DNA of 63,549 nucleotides, counting the filler, from Craspedostauros australis (taxonomy: Eukaryota): the NCBI GenBank assembly GCA_030167865.1. It is 8 parts of 8 records of this genome, joined end to end, with 100 filler letters (N's around TTAATTAATTAA, not from the genome) between each part and the next. Parts side by side here need not be neighbours in the genome. Positions count along the whole stretch, not along the records: positions 45,357 to 59,798 come from JALAGF010003671.1; 7 more parts are not named here. The stretch is one strand, 5' to 3'. The translations under genes and the position numbers were made by a program. A model generated the notes under the pieces. It did no database searches. It saw only the letters and a list, made by a program, of their open reading frames with translations, and was not told the DNA's origin. Each line of letters starts with the position of its first letter. Position 1 is the first letter of the stretch. Below are positions 47,771 through 59,898 of the stretch, piece by piece.

Positions 47771-49716
47771 TCCGCGAAGCATGTCGTGCGACAGCATGAC
47801 ACCAAAAGGTAGGCACGTAAGATGCCGTGTTGGTCCTGATCGTGACAACACAATGACCACCAAGCACGTTCGCTGACACGCGTTGCCTTGGTAATGACAC
47901 GCCTCTGGGCGCAAAAAACTGTGCGGGACTGCATGGGCAACGCCCAAGGATTGGTGGGTGGTTATGACAAGCGCGTGCGCAGCGTTCGACATTCTCCGCA
48001 AACCGACATTCCTCCATCTCCCAAGATTCTCCACTTTTCTTGTCGCGGCGGTGGCAGAAGGTACCGTCCCTGAGCGGAACTGGCAATCGATGGCAATCAA
48101 TGGCAATCGTGTCATAATACACTCGCGGCGGTGATGAAACACGCGAGTACATGGCGACCTCCACCATGGCCAACAGGAGAGAACCAGAGGAATGATGCCA
48201 GTGGTAGCGACGGTGGGAGATGCGGTTCCGAAAGAACGTCAAGACCGACACTTCCAACAATCGGGGCGCCGCGGGCTTGTGTTGCTCTCTTCTCGTATTG
48301 GTTCACACAACTCCAGACAGAGGCTTTCGCTCCACTTCGAAGAGGTATTATACTGGTGCGGTGGTATCTGGTTGTGGCACATCGAAAGGAACATGTCCTC
48401 ATGCGGACGGCGAGGATGATGATGGGCGACATTGCATTCGCGCCATACATACTTACGACTATGGTACTCGTATTCAACATGTAGCTGATGGAATGGAAGA
48501 GCAGCAATACGATACCAAATGCACCCGGCGCTGCACTGAGGATGGCAAAGGCAATGATGCGCCAATGACCATGACGTGGTGCCACCAATGCGGGTGGACC
48601 GCCGGCATGCGATCAATGCCATGCACAGTTCGTGATGTGCAATGCTGCGCGAGAGCGCATTGTGCTCGTACGAGATCGATACAACAGCGACAAGTCTCAT
48701 CAGAGGAATGGTGCTGCTCCACCCGATGTCCATGCTCCTATTTGGCCATTTGCCCATTTGGCCTTGCGCTGATCTGTGAAAGAGCTGTCGGAGTTGCAGA
48801 GGTGGAGTAGATCGTACGTGTGATCGACAGGAAGATGGTCGTCAAAGATTCGACAACGGGGTCGCTTGAGGCCACTTCGGTCCTCCGCTCTCCGGAGAGA
48901 GCAGGATCATTCCGAAGAAGGCACCTCTCAAAGGAGCATGGATCTTGGGATGGCAGTAGGACGGCACGGCGGAAGCGAAGGTTTCGCATCTGATCCGAAG
49001 TGTTGTGGTGTTCCTTCGAATAGGTTATCCTCCATCTCGGTGTAGAGGTTGGGATTCCATGGAGATCATGCGAGCAATGCCCAGGTGCCCAAAAGCGAAG
49101 GGAACAGGTCTGTTGGTAGCATCGCATGTACAGGCATCTTCGTGCGCATTCGTGGCAGTGTGGGGGAGAGTGCTTCGAATGAGAGACGCCATACCAGTAC
49201 TCTATTAGCAGGAATACTGGCACCAGTACAAAGCGCGGCTCTTCTCCTGCTTTGCAGTTCCACCCACCTGCGGTCACCTCTTGCAGCATCTGTACGAAGG
49301 TACGAGTGCTCTCCAAGGACAGCCGCAAGACGGTCTATCCCCCATGATTCCATACGAATATTCATTATATGTGCTGCCGAAAACTAGAGCACGTCATGCA
49401 GAACAAGCGTGCCCATTCGTTGCATATTAGTTTGACACGCGAAATGTTCTATAATATTCTAATAGAATACTATATTGCATAGGGTCCTGTCGGACTCGTA
49501 CTGTGTTCGCGGCGAGCCAACTTGAATCAGTGCGATCCATCCGACCACGTCAACTCACGCTGGAAACATCACGTGACACCCATTCAGAGTTGGCTGCGGA
49601 TGGATATTCGATCCGCTTCATGGCGGTCATACGCGGAGGTTGTAGTGCATATGCGGTCCGTCGTACGATGTATTATATTATATGATATAATGTATAGTAA
49701 TGGGTAAGCGTTTGAA

Positions 49717-50334
49717 TTAGAAGAGACCGAGGAACTTTCCTTTTCGCAGCTTCTTCTCGTCTTTCTCCAGCTCGTTGAGGAGGGCGTCCTTCTTGGCCTG
49801 CGCCGCCAGCCTCGCATTGTCCGCCGCCTCACGCTGCTTGGAGGTGAAGGAGGCCTTCTTCTGATACTGCTTTGGCGTCTCGACCACGATCTTGACGGTG
49901 GGTCCCGCACGCACGCGAATGGCGGCCAGGACGCGCGTGAGCCCCACGCCGCGCGTGCTCCACATCTGGTCTCCGAAGGTGGCGCTGCACATGGTGACGA
50001 GGTCGCCCTCCTTGACCTTTCCGGTTCTGGCGGCGTTGCCCTTGGGCGCCACGGTCTCGACGAAGACATTGCCCTGCTTGTCTTCGTTGAGGACGAGGCC
50101 AAGCGGTCTCATGAGCTCGACGACGTTGTCATCGGCCTCGGCGGAACGCGATGCTTTGGCCCAGCGCATGAGGTCGCTGTCGTTGCCGTCGTTGGCCATG
50201 CACAGCACCGATGATGACGCTTGGGCGCATGTCTGTGCCGCGGGTACAGAGATCGATGTCTGCTGTGGTGCGAAGGCGTCCACCTTCACGAGCAGCGCCA
50301 TCGATGTGGCGATCAGTGTCAGTGTGTATTTCAT
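49717..50334 (-). CDS. Plastid-targeted PDZ-domain protein
   Basis: Signal peptide ending VDA-FAP; RPLGLVLNED..VFVETVAPKGNAARTGKVKEGDLV matches PDZ; coiled C-terminus ending KGKFLGLF. Confidence 0.85.
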   Translation of the reverse strand: MKYTLTLIATSMALLVKVDAFAPQQTSISVPAAQTCAQASSSVLCMANDGNDSDLMRWAKASRSAEADDNVVELMRPLGLVLNEDKQGNVFVETVAPKGNAARTGKVKEGDLVTMCSATFGDQMWSTRGVGLTRVLAAIRVRAGPTVKIVVETPKQYQKKASFTSKQREAADNARLAAQAKKDALLNELEKDEKKLRKGKFLGLF

Positions 50335-51439
50335 GGTGAATGGGTGGATGGCGGAGTTGGTTGGTTGCTTCTACTGCTGAATTGCTATGCTATGCTGTGA
50401 TGCGATGTTGCTACGGTCTATTATTCTGCTTCGGTTGGTGGTGAAGTTTGCGGAAGGTTCTGTTTGTGCCGGAAGCGAGTTGCGTTTGCCTCATCGTTTG
50501 TGATCCGCCATGGTCGTCCGACCACCAGGGCTTCCTCTTTTGGTCAACGGCGTCATCTGCTGCGTGTCACCATGTGTCGTACGCTGTGTGTCAGCCATCA
50601 CACTGCCGCGACTGCAACAGCGCAGCACAACATCGTGATGTGTTGGCGTTCCGCTTCGTTTTGTGACTCTGTTTGTGACCGTTGCGTGCCAGCGTTCCGG
50701 AGTGCGTTCGCATCCTTTCTCTGACACGGCACGGTCTGATTCAACCAATCACGGTGGACGATGCGATGACACTCGATTGGCTCAGTTTTGATTGGACGAT
50801 CACCTCTATTCACGAATGAATGAATCGTGTTCTCAAGGTCTCCAACGTCCCTCCGTCTGTGCGAATGTGATGGATTGGTACTTGTTCAGCGCCTTTCTGC
50901 GTACGTCACAAAAGTTCGCGTTGCAGATGCGAACAGCGCACAACCAACACATCAGATCTCCATCGTCGCATCGGTGGTTGAACTCTCTTTTTGATGATGT
51001 GACGATCTTTGCCATCTCTGGGGCACACCACAGGCATCACCTTCTCTCGTCGTTGTTGATGTCGTTCGCATTTGGAGGACGTCACGGATGGCAATAGCAG
51101 TTGAGTGGAGCTTGAACATTGGAAGAGTCCTCGAATCATCCACATCCACATCCGCATCCACATCAACATCCATCTCTCCTTCCACTCCATCCACCATCGA
51201 AGCACATCTCCTTCCTTGGACAGTGATAGAACGACAACCGCATCCTGACGGCATCAACAACATCCATAACATCGACAACATCGACAACATCAACTGACAA
51301 AGATTTCGAAAGATACCCTCCATCGAAACCATCCAATCCAGATTCGCCCAAACCAGTCCAAATCGGTCCATTCCCATAAAATTCCCGTAGCATTCCCTTC
51401 AGACTCCATCAAGATTCGGCACATCATTACCATCGAACC

Positions 51440-53228
51440 ATGAAGTTCACAGCAGCCATCACAACGCTCCTCGCGATCGTTACAACATCCAATGCCTTCG
51501 CTCCGTCCGCGTCGCGGGCGGCTGTGCCCATCACGCGGATGCAGGCTGCTTCTGGTGACTCCGACAATGCCGCGCAGACGGCCGCTCAGATCGCCGCAAC
51601 GGCCATGCTCTCGGCTGCTCTGTGGGCGACGCCAACTGCCATCATGAGCAACGTCGTCATGACCGCCGATGGTTCCGCCATCTCTGTGCAATCAGCCGCA
51701 ACCACAGCAACCACAGCAACCACACAGACAGCTGCGCCTTCCATCAACCAATGGATCCAGTCCAACTTCGCAGCCTCCGCCAAGGAGAAGGCCAGCGGAT
51801 CTGGTTCGCGCGTCAACAAGGACCCAGAGTCCCTTCTGCGATATGGATTGCCAATCAAGAACAAGGAGGTGCGTTTCCATCTGCGTCCGCATCTGCGGTT
51901 GGATTTACACCTTCGTCTACTCGGGCATTGCCCTTCCTTCTCGTCTCGGATTCATGTCTCCGAGGTGTATCTGTGGACATATCATGCCATGACATGCCAT
52001 GACATGACATGACATCATAGACCAATCCACTTGTGCATTCATCCTCTCATGTATTGGCATTCGTATGGTACAGCACCGATGCTGACTTCAATCACTCGCT
52101 ATTTACTCATTATTCCAATCAAATATCTCCGTTCAACTCGCTCTATCACATATTCTATGCATCATCCCATCAATGCGACGACAACAATGTGCTCAATAGG
52201 TCCGATCGCTGCAAGAAACCATCGAGACCGTCAAGTACGACATCGGCAGCAAGCGAAAGAGCGCCGCCATCGATGGGGCCAAGAAGGCCAAGGCATTCGT
52301 GCAGCCCACCAGCAAGCAGGCCAAGGCCATGACGGCAAGCTGCCGTGACGGAAGCCTCTGCGTCACCTACCTGCAGCAGATCAGTGATGGCATCGATCCG
52401 CTCCTCGTCTCCCTCAAGGATTCGCAGGACTCCCTGCAGGGCAGCGAGCAGGAGCGCAGTGCCCTCGACAAGGCCTACGCCAAGCAGCAGCAGCTCACCA
52501 AGATCCTCAACAACCTCGAGGAACAGATGATCCCGGCCAACTACGAGACTCCCGTGCCTGCCGACTACAATGACCTCCCACAGCTCAAGAAGCGCGCCAC
52601 GGTAGAGATGGTCTTCTCCAAGGCCGAGCAGGGCGCCCCATTCAATGTCAACGGCGTCAACTACCCATCCGCCAAGCTCGTCATGGTCATCGACGGATAC
52701 ACCTCGCCCGTCACCGGCGGAAACTTCGTCGACCTCGTCGACAAGGGGTTCTACAACCAGATGCTCGTCCAGCGATCCGACGGATTCGTCGTGCAGACCG
52801 GCGAACCGCAGGGCAAGGCCATCGGCTACGTCGGCAAGCCCAGCAAGTCCATCGGCGCAGGACCCAACGGCGAGCGTCTCATCCCCACGGAGATCTTCGT
52901 CAAGGGCGACACAGGTCCATTCTACGAATCCACCATCGAGGACGAGGGCCGCGGCGGCGAATCCACCGTCCTTCCCTTCAGCAGCTACGGCGCCATGGGA
53001 TGGGCCCGCGACGAGTACGACCCCAACTCTGGATCGTCGCAATTCTTCTGGCTCCTCTTCGATTCCGATCTCACGCCGGCCGGCAAGAACGTCCTCGATG
53101 GCAGGTATCCGTGCTTCGGTTACGTCGTGGAAGGCAACGACTTTTTGCAGGACATCAAGGAGGGTGATACCATCGTTTCGGCCAAGGTCACGGAGGGATT
53201 GGAGTACCTCGTGCGCCCTTCCAACTAA
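51440..53228 (+). CDS. CYP38: Thylakoid-lumen cyclophilin CYP38/TLP40-like, 2 exons
   Basis: Signal ending SNA-FAP plus a second hydrophobic segment. Exon 1 51440-51868 (GAG|GTGCGT), exon 2 52200-53228. DPESLLRYGLPI, DGYTSPVTGGNFVDLV, FVVQTG and SSQFFWLLFDSDLTP..NVLDGRY..FGYV motifs. Confidence 0.88.
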
Positions 53229-53816
53229 GCAGCGGGCGCAAAGCGAAACTATTGTGCGTGCGCTACTGCATGTGCATGCAGAATCATTGCTCGTTCTGGT
53301 TGCACCTCTCTCGCCGAAACGAACACTGGAACAAAGAAATTTACGATTCAGTCGGTAGCGACCGTGGTGTTGCTTCTGGATGGTGGGAATGACAACGGCG
53401 ATGACAATGGTCATCCTGCTGTGTCCAATACAAGTACTCTGTGGAATGACAATCCAACGTCAAAGAACCATGTTCTGACTTGCATGTCATAACATGACAA
53501 GGTTGGGTGAAACATGAGCGTTACACTCAGGAATTCTTCGCATTGCAAGCTGCCGAACTTCACACGCTGGCAAACAACGCGAGAAGCATCTCGACACGCG
53601 TAATCAAATCCGAGGCAAAACGAACAGCTACAAGGAGACAGCCAACGCAATTCGGGCGTCGGCAATTGCTTCCAACCCATTACGGCTAAGCAGAAATTAA
53701 AATATCCACTGCGGGTCCGCATGTCTGTTTTCGTTTGTGGTATGCCACGCCGTCGTTGGTGCATAGTAGGTAGTAGTAGAAACCTCCATTCAGTGACGAT
53801 TATGCTCGACTCCGCT

Positions 53817-56461
53817 CTACTTGAATTTGGGCAACATGTTCTTGATCTTGCCATCAACCATGCGATCGAACTGCTTTTGGTACGTGCGTTGCATGCGTCC
53901 GAACACGCGCTTGTGCCGCTTGAACATGCGTTTGCCCTGATTCATCATCTCCGTCTTGGTCTTGTCGCCAAATGCGCCCGCCATCCCGCCGCCGTTGCCA
54001 TCATCCGGACTTCCGCTGATGTATCCGTTGAATGAATCCGGAGACACCATGGTGGCACTGGCGGTGCCTCCGCCCTGAACCTTCACCATGATCTCCCCAT
54101 TCGTCTTCGCGCTCACGTTGACGCGCCGGGCCTCTGCCGCATCGAACGGTTCCACCGAGAATTCCTGCGGGATGGGTGGCCCGGGTTGAATGTCATGCTT
54201 CACGAAATACCTGACCATCTGATCGGGGACGTCCTGGATGCTGGCGGTGCTCAGATCAGAATTGGCGCCGTTCCCGCCGCCTGATTTGTGCTGCTTCATG
54301 TCCACGAATCGAACGAAGTCCCGCCGACCATCGCTGCTGCACTGGTCTGCGATGGCTCGCTGCAGCTCGGAGAAATCAGCAGGTCCCACCCCAACGATAA
54401 CGATGGACAGTGGCTCGTTCTCCACACTCCTTATCACATCCAAAGTCTCATCCTGGTTCTCGATGTCACCGTTCGTGAAGATGAGAAGGACGCTGTATGC
54501 CTGAACCTCGTTTTGCAGTGCAGTATTCTGCAGCGCCGGCACGGGTTGACGAAGTGGCAGTGGCCGCAGCAGTAGCAGTGTCCATGTTGCGCGAAGTAAC
54601 GAACGAGGGAACGGGAATGTACGCATCAATGAGCGTTATGGGAAAGCAGGGCAATGAACAGATGATGGACGGGGGCAAGATAATACATGTAGAAATGGCG
54701 AGAGACACGAAGGAGGCACGAACTTACCAAGTCCTGCCGTGCGTGCTGGCTGCCCGCTCGGATGACTTGCGTGATGTCGCTCGGATGGCTCATGACGACA
54801 CCTGCCGTGAATGTCTTTTTGTATGCCTCCACGATCCCGCCGACGCCGTGCACCTCGGCCGCTTGGATGTTTGAGCTGTCAACGGCCGAGGAGGGATCAC
54901 GGCATGCGAAGCAATGGTTGATAGCGCCATTGACCTTGGCCCCAAAGCCCCAGAGCGGGAAGTTCTGGTCGGAATCGTACTCTGCCAGAATTGAGCAAAT
55001 CTGATCGATGGCCACTTCATAATCGTTTCGCTTGTCGCTATCACGTCGGTGGAAGTAGTGCAGCGAATCTTCCTTGCGCGGGTCTCCTAAGATATGCAGT
55101 CGCAATGTGGACATGTGGACATGGGAACATGCGTGCGTGCGTGAACGAGTGTGAGAACGATGTGGATAGATGGAGTGCAGAGATAGTTAAAGATTGAAGA
55201 AATCGGCGCGTCGCTGGCAAGCACCTGGACAAAGCAATACTGCTCGTGCAGACTGCTGGGAGCGTAGCATGATATGCTGCGAACGGCAGCACTCCAGCGT
55301 GCACAATGCATCTCTCCAGCACTCACCGTTTGATGCCGAAAAGTCGACCGCCACCGCCACCTTGAGTTCGCATCCTCCGCGAACGTAGTCCACGAACGAT
55401 GGCAAATCAAGCTCATCCGCCATGATCACAATATCCTCCGCAACTTCGTTGTCGCCATCAGATAGAATGGCTTCGACAACAATCGTTTCCTCCTCGGTTT
55501 CAGCGTTGATTGCCACTGCTTGATCCAACTGACCCCGACTACGACTCGCGGCCTCCTCCTCGGAAGGCTCCGGAACACCCTCCGTCGACGCTGCGACAAT
55601 GACGATCTTCCCAACCTCGTCGCCGTCCTTCGTGATCGCCAACTTGCCCTTGGTGGATGCGGCCTCCAACGCCTGCGTCACAGTCATCTCGCAGCTCCCC
55701 ATGAAGTCATGCGCGCTCTTGTCGTCGTAATCGTACACCGCCAATCGGAACGCCTCGTCAAGGCTGCCCTTCTCGCAAAGCATGGACAGCTCGAGGCACG
55801 CGACATCCTCCCATCGCGGGCTGAGGTTGTTCTGAATCGGCTTGGACCGGAAGACGCAGTCCCAAAGATACGCACAGTCCATTCCTTCGGACTCGCTCGG
55901 GCTGACGCCTTCCTTGACGCTGTTGCGAACGAGAACGCGGCGCTTGCGCTGCAGCTCGTAGAACGGATCGGACTTGTTGAAGACGCCCATGCCCTCCGTG
56001 TTCTGGAAGGACTCGCCGTTGAGCTGCATGGTGAGCGTGCCGGATCCGCCGTACGGTTCGAGGTTGACGATGACGCACGGCGCGTTGCTGGCCGCGATCT
56101 CCTTGCCCATGGTGTTGCCGGGCGCCGCCAGCACGGCTCCCACATCGAAGATCGCGGATCCCAGCAACGGCTGCGCCTTCGGAGCGTCTCCGTCCGCATC
56201 GTCGGCATGCACGGACACGACGAAGCTCAGGGACTGTCCAAGGTGGTACTCGTCGATGATGAACATGTGGCAGTAGTCAGGATCGCGGCTGTGATGGATG
56301 GTCTCGCTGCGGCCCAGGATGGTGGGCTGCCCTTTGCCCTGCGGCAGCAGCGCCACCGCGCAGAAGGAGTGCAGGGGAGCATCGTCATCGTCCTTCGACG
56401 GCCTTCCGCCTTTCTGAACCTTGCTCAGGTTCTCGGCGAGAACGGATAGCGCCAGCTTCAT
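53817..56461 (-). CDS. Copine (two C2 domains + vWA), 3 exons
   Basis: Exons 56461-55327, 55086-54728 and 54527-53817 (last acceptor less certain), phases consistent. KSDPFYEL, VYDYD, VAVDFSASNGDPR..SLHY, YDSDQNFPLWGFGAK and PLSIVIVGVGPADF motifs. Confidence 0.92.
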
Positions 56462-58061
56462 CGTCTCTCTCTCTCTCTCTCTAGGATTGTGTTGGATCGA
56501 TGACTAGATCGTACGTATTATACTTGTGGTCGTAAGTGGAATCAATCACATGCAATACAATGCAATAGTATATTATAATAGATCGTGTAAAATGAGAATA
56601 TGTTAGGATTCTCTTCATCACATCACAGCAGGTGGTTGGATTGCTTCGCCTCTTCGTGTCTCCAATTTGGATTCGGGTCTTCTATTTCTCCTTTCTTTCT
56701 GCGAATCGCTTAAGTATGACTCCCACTGGGACACACTATGTTTGTCGGACAATAGATATATAGTATGTTCGTTGTTGCGGACATGTCTTTGTCCGAATGA
56801 CTTGGTGGACCATACCGGGAGGTATGGCGAATTGCGCAATTGAGGTTTGTGACTCAATCATTCAACTAAACAATCAGGACACACTATAAACACGCCAGAC
56901 ACAAGTGACTTGTTCGCATCAACAGAGGCCGCTCGTCACACGTTCGTACATAGCATCTCGCAGCGGAGGATGCGCCAAGAGATCAGACTTGTTGTTCGAC
57001 TCCATACATTCCTGGGAGAGAAAGAGAGAGCAGGTTCTGGACATTGGACTGGGTCCTTCGCTGCGGCATGCTCACTTTCGTGCAACGCAACATGAACGAA
57101 AATACAGACGGAGCAGCCTTTGACTTGTCACGACTTGGATCAACGCAAACGCGATGGGTGCAACTTCCGGCGCCGAAATGATGCTCGGGCGACGGAGGAG
57201 GACTTGGATCAACCGGTCAACCCCGTTAGCCTCACTCGGAAGTGCTGATAGCGACATCATGGCGCCGATCTCGGTGCTCTGGGCGTGCCGGTTCCATCTG
57301 CAGACGACGCTTCCAACGATTGCGAATGGAGTGCGACATGAGGGGGTCGTTGCGACGGTCCACAGCAGTTTGCCTGTTGCGTTCCAGAGAACTATGAACA
57401 TCTCCAACTTCGCCCGACTCGTGCTGTTCATCGCGATGTGCGCGAACAGCCATTGACGCCAACAACAAACGATATTTTGAATGTCTATCACATGTCATGT
57501 CACTTAGTGCAACCATCAACACGCATTCACCATCGTTATTGACCATAAGTGGTAATGACCGATAGAACCGTACGGAACAACTCATCGAAGGCGACTCGGC
57601 ACAACTCTTTCTGCCCACAGAAACACGGACACAAACGCACACGCAATGAGGATGTTGCTGGTTTTTGCCTCACAAAACACCTCAACCGCCCCCAACCAAC
57701 GCAACAGACCGAAAGCAAACGCACAAGCAAAATCAAAAGGGAAACAGCCACAAGTGATGCCGCCATTGCCAACGTAATCAATCATTTGGATGATGACGAC
57801 GACACGACGATGATGACGAGAGCAAGCGAACGCAACTTTTTGAGTCGTCAGGAACCAAACATCGTACTCTCCATCTTGCGTTGCGCAGAGGAATGGCGAC
57901 TTCTTACCTACAGTCGTGCCAACCAACATCATGACCAGTATCGTGGATCAGTATCGTGGATCGACAATGGTCTCCGATCATAAAAATCCACATCCATCAA
58001 CCCATCCATCGTCCATTTGACTGAACAACGACGCCAACAATCGGACACTGCTTGTTGAGGA

Positions 58062-59798
58062 ATGTCACGGCGTACCTCGAACCTCTCTCGGAATCTACAG
58101 ATACGCGCAACTGGAAGTACCGTCACCAGCACCGCCATCGCCATCGACACCGCCCGACACAGCACCAAGGAAAAGTGTGCCACCCAAGGTTCCCGCAGAA
58201 CCAACGCCGACATCGACATCACCTCGATCAAATCGAACCAAAGAACTACAACGTCGAGCAGTTGCGGCACGTGTCAGAAGCAGTCTACAATTAGTCGTTG
58301 CAATCACTGCAATCACGGTCACGTCGCCAGCACCAGAACCAGCACCAACATCAACTCTTCGCGCAACGCCAACCATCACGAAGAATCGAGCATGCTGGAA
58401 CCATCCCCCATCGGATGTGAGTCAGTCAAGGGTGTCTCATTCGTGGGCATCACGGAGACCTTTCGGAGCTCGGAACAAATGCACGAAATCCAGAACTTTC
58501 TCAGTGATGTCTTCGTTTCATCTTCGGTTTCATCTTCGGTCTCATCAACTACAACGACGCTATCACCAACAGCAGGAGTAGTCGTACACGGAAGACGACC
58601 ATCGCAATCGTCACAGACATCACAGATATCACATACACCACCACCAACAACAACAACCAAAGCACTTCATCTGTCGCACTTGCCTCCCCTTTCTCCTCTT
58701 GCTCCTTCTCTCGCGCAGCATCACCATCCGCACCAGCAACATCATCAGCAACATCATCAGCAACGCACACAACAGACACAGCAGACACAACGCCTGCCAC
58801 GGCAGTACCTCTGCTTTGATGGACAGCCCAGCCTCGCAGCACATGATCGTCATCATCGTTCCCTCGTTGATGTAGCAATACCATTCCAGGAATTGCCGTC
58901 CTCATGCCAGCCTTCACCCATCAAGAAAGCCAGAGGGAGCGACCTGATGCCCGTGCCCACAAGGTTCCATTTCGAGACTCTGCAGCTGGAAGATTGGGAC
59001 GACGCCGGCGAAGAATCCTGGCTCGATGACATCCCGATTGATACCGACACCTCTCCTGAGAACACCCATGGATGCCATCATGGCCTCGAACAGCCGCAGT
59101 CTCAGACCCCATCACTGCTCAAGCGTTCCGCCGATCCAACCCACCTCTACTCCTTCGTGGACAACAGCATCATCACATCCATTCGAGGTGCTCCATGCCA
59201 AGTCGAAACGTTCCCACAAGAGATCGTCGAGGCAACTGGGCGCACATCTACACGCGCACCCACACCCACACAGCGATCACCGAGAAAGAGGATGCGGTCG
59301 GCTCCGCCAACGAAGAGCATCAAGTTCCGTCAGTACCAATCGGATCAATGGAACGCCCGATACGACGAGCTCGTCGCCTTCCACAAGCAGCACAGGCATT
59401 GCATCGTCGAGCCGAAGGATGACAAGACGCTGTCCCACTGGGTGAAGCGGCAGCGATACCAGCACAAGCAGAAGAACGAAGGACAACGTTCCACTTTGAC
59501 AGACGAGAGGCAGAGGAAGCTGGAGCGGCTTGGTTTCGTGTGGGATTCGCACGGGGAAGCATGGGAGAAGCGCTTCAATGATCTGATGACGTACAGAGAC
59601 AAGCACGGCCACACGAACGTGCCAACCCAGTGCGACGAGAACCCTTCCCTCGGCATTTGGGCAAAGGCCCAGCGTCGGCAGTACCGACTGCATTCCAACG
59701 GGCAGAAGTCGACGTTGACTGATAGCCGCATTGAGCGATTGAGCGCGGTCGACTTTCCTTGGCTGGCCCGGCCTCATCAGTCCATGCCGAGTGCGCAG
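58062..59798 (+). CDS. HA-domain protein, inverted duplicate, 3'-truncated
   Basis: Translation identical to 47093-45357. Confidence 0.9.
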
Positions 59799-59898
59799 NN
59801 NNNNNNNNNNNNNNNNNNNNNNNNNNNNNNNNNNNNNNNNNNTTAATTAATTAANNNNNNNNNNNNNNNNNNNNNNNNNNNNNNNNNNNNNNNNNNNN

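Noticed and set aside
47800..49450. Cluster of 100-220 aa ORFs on both strands
   Set aside because: No recognisable domain or consistent coding signal; left unannotated.
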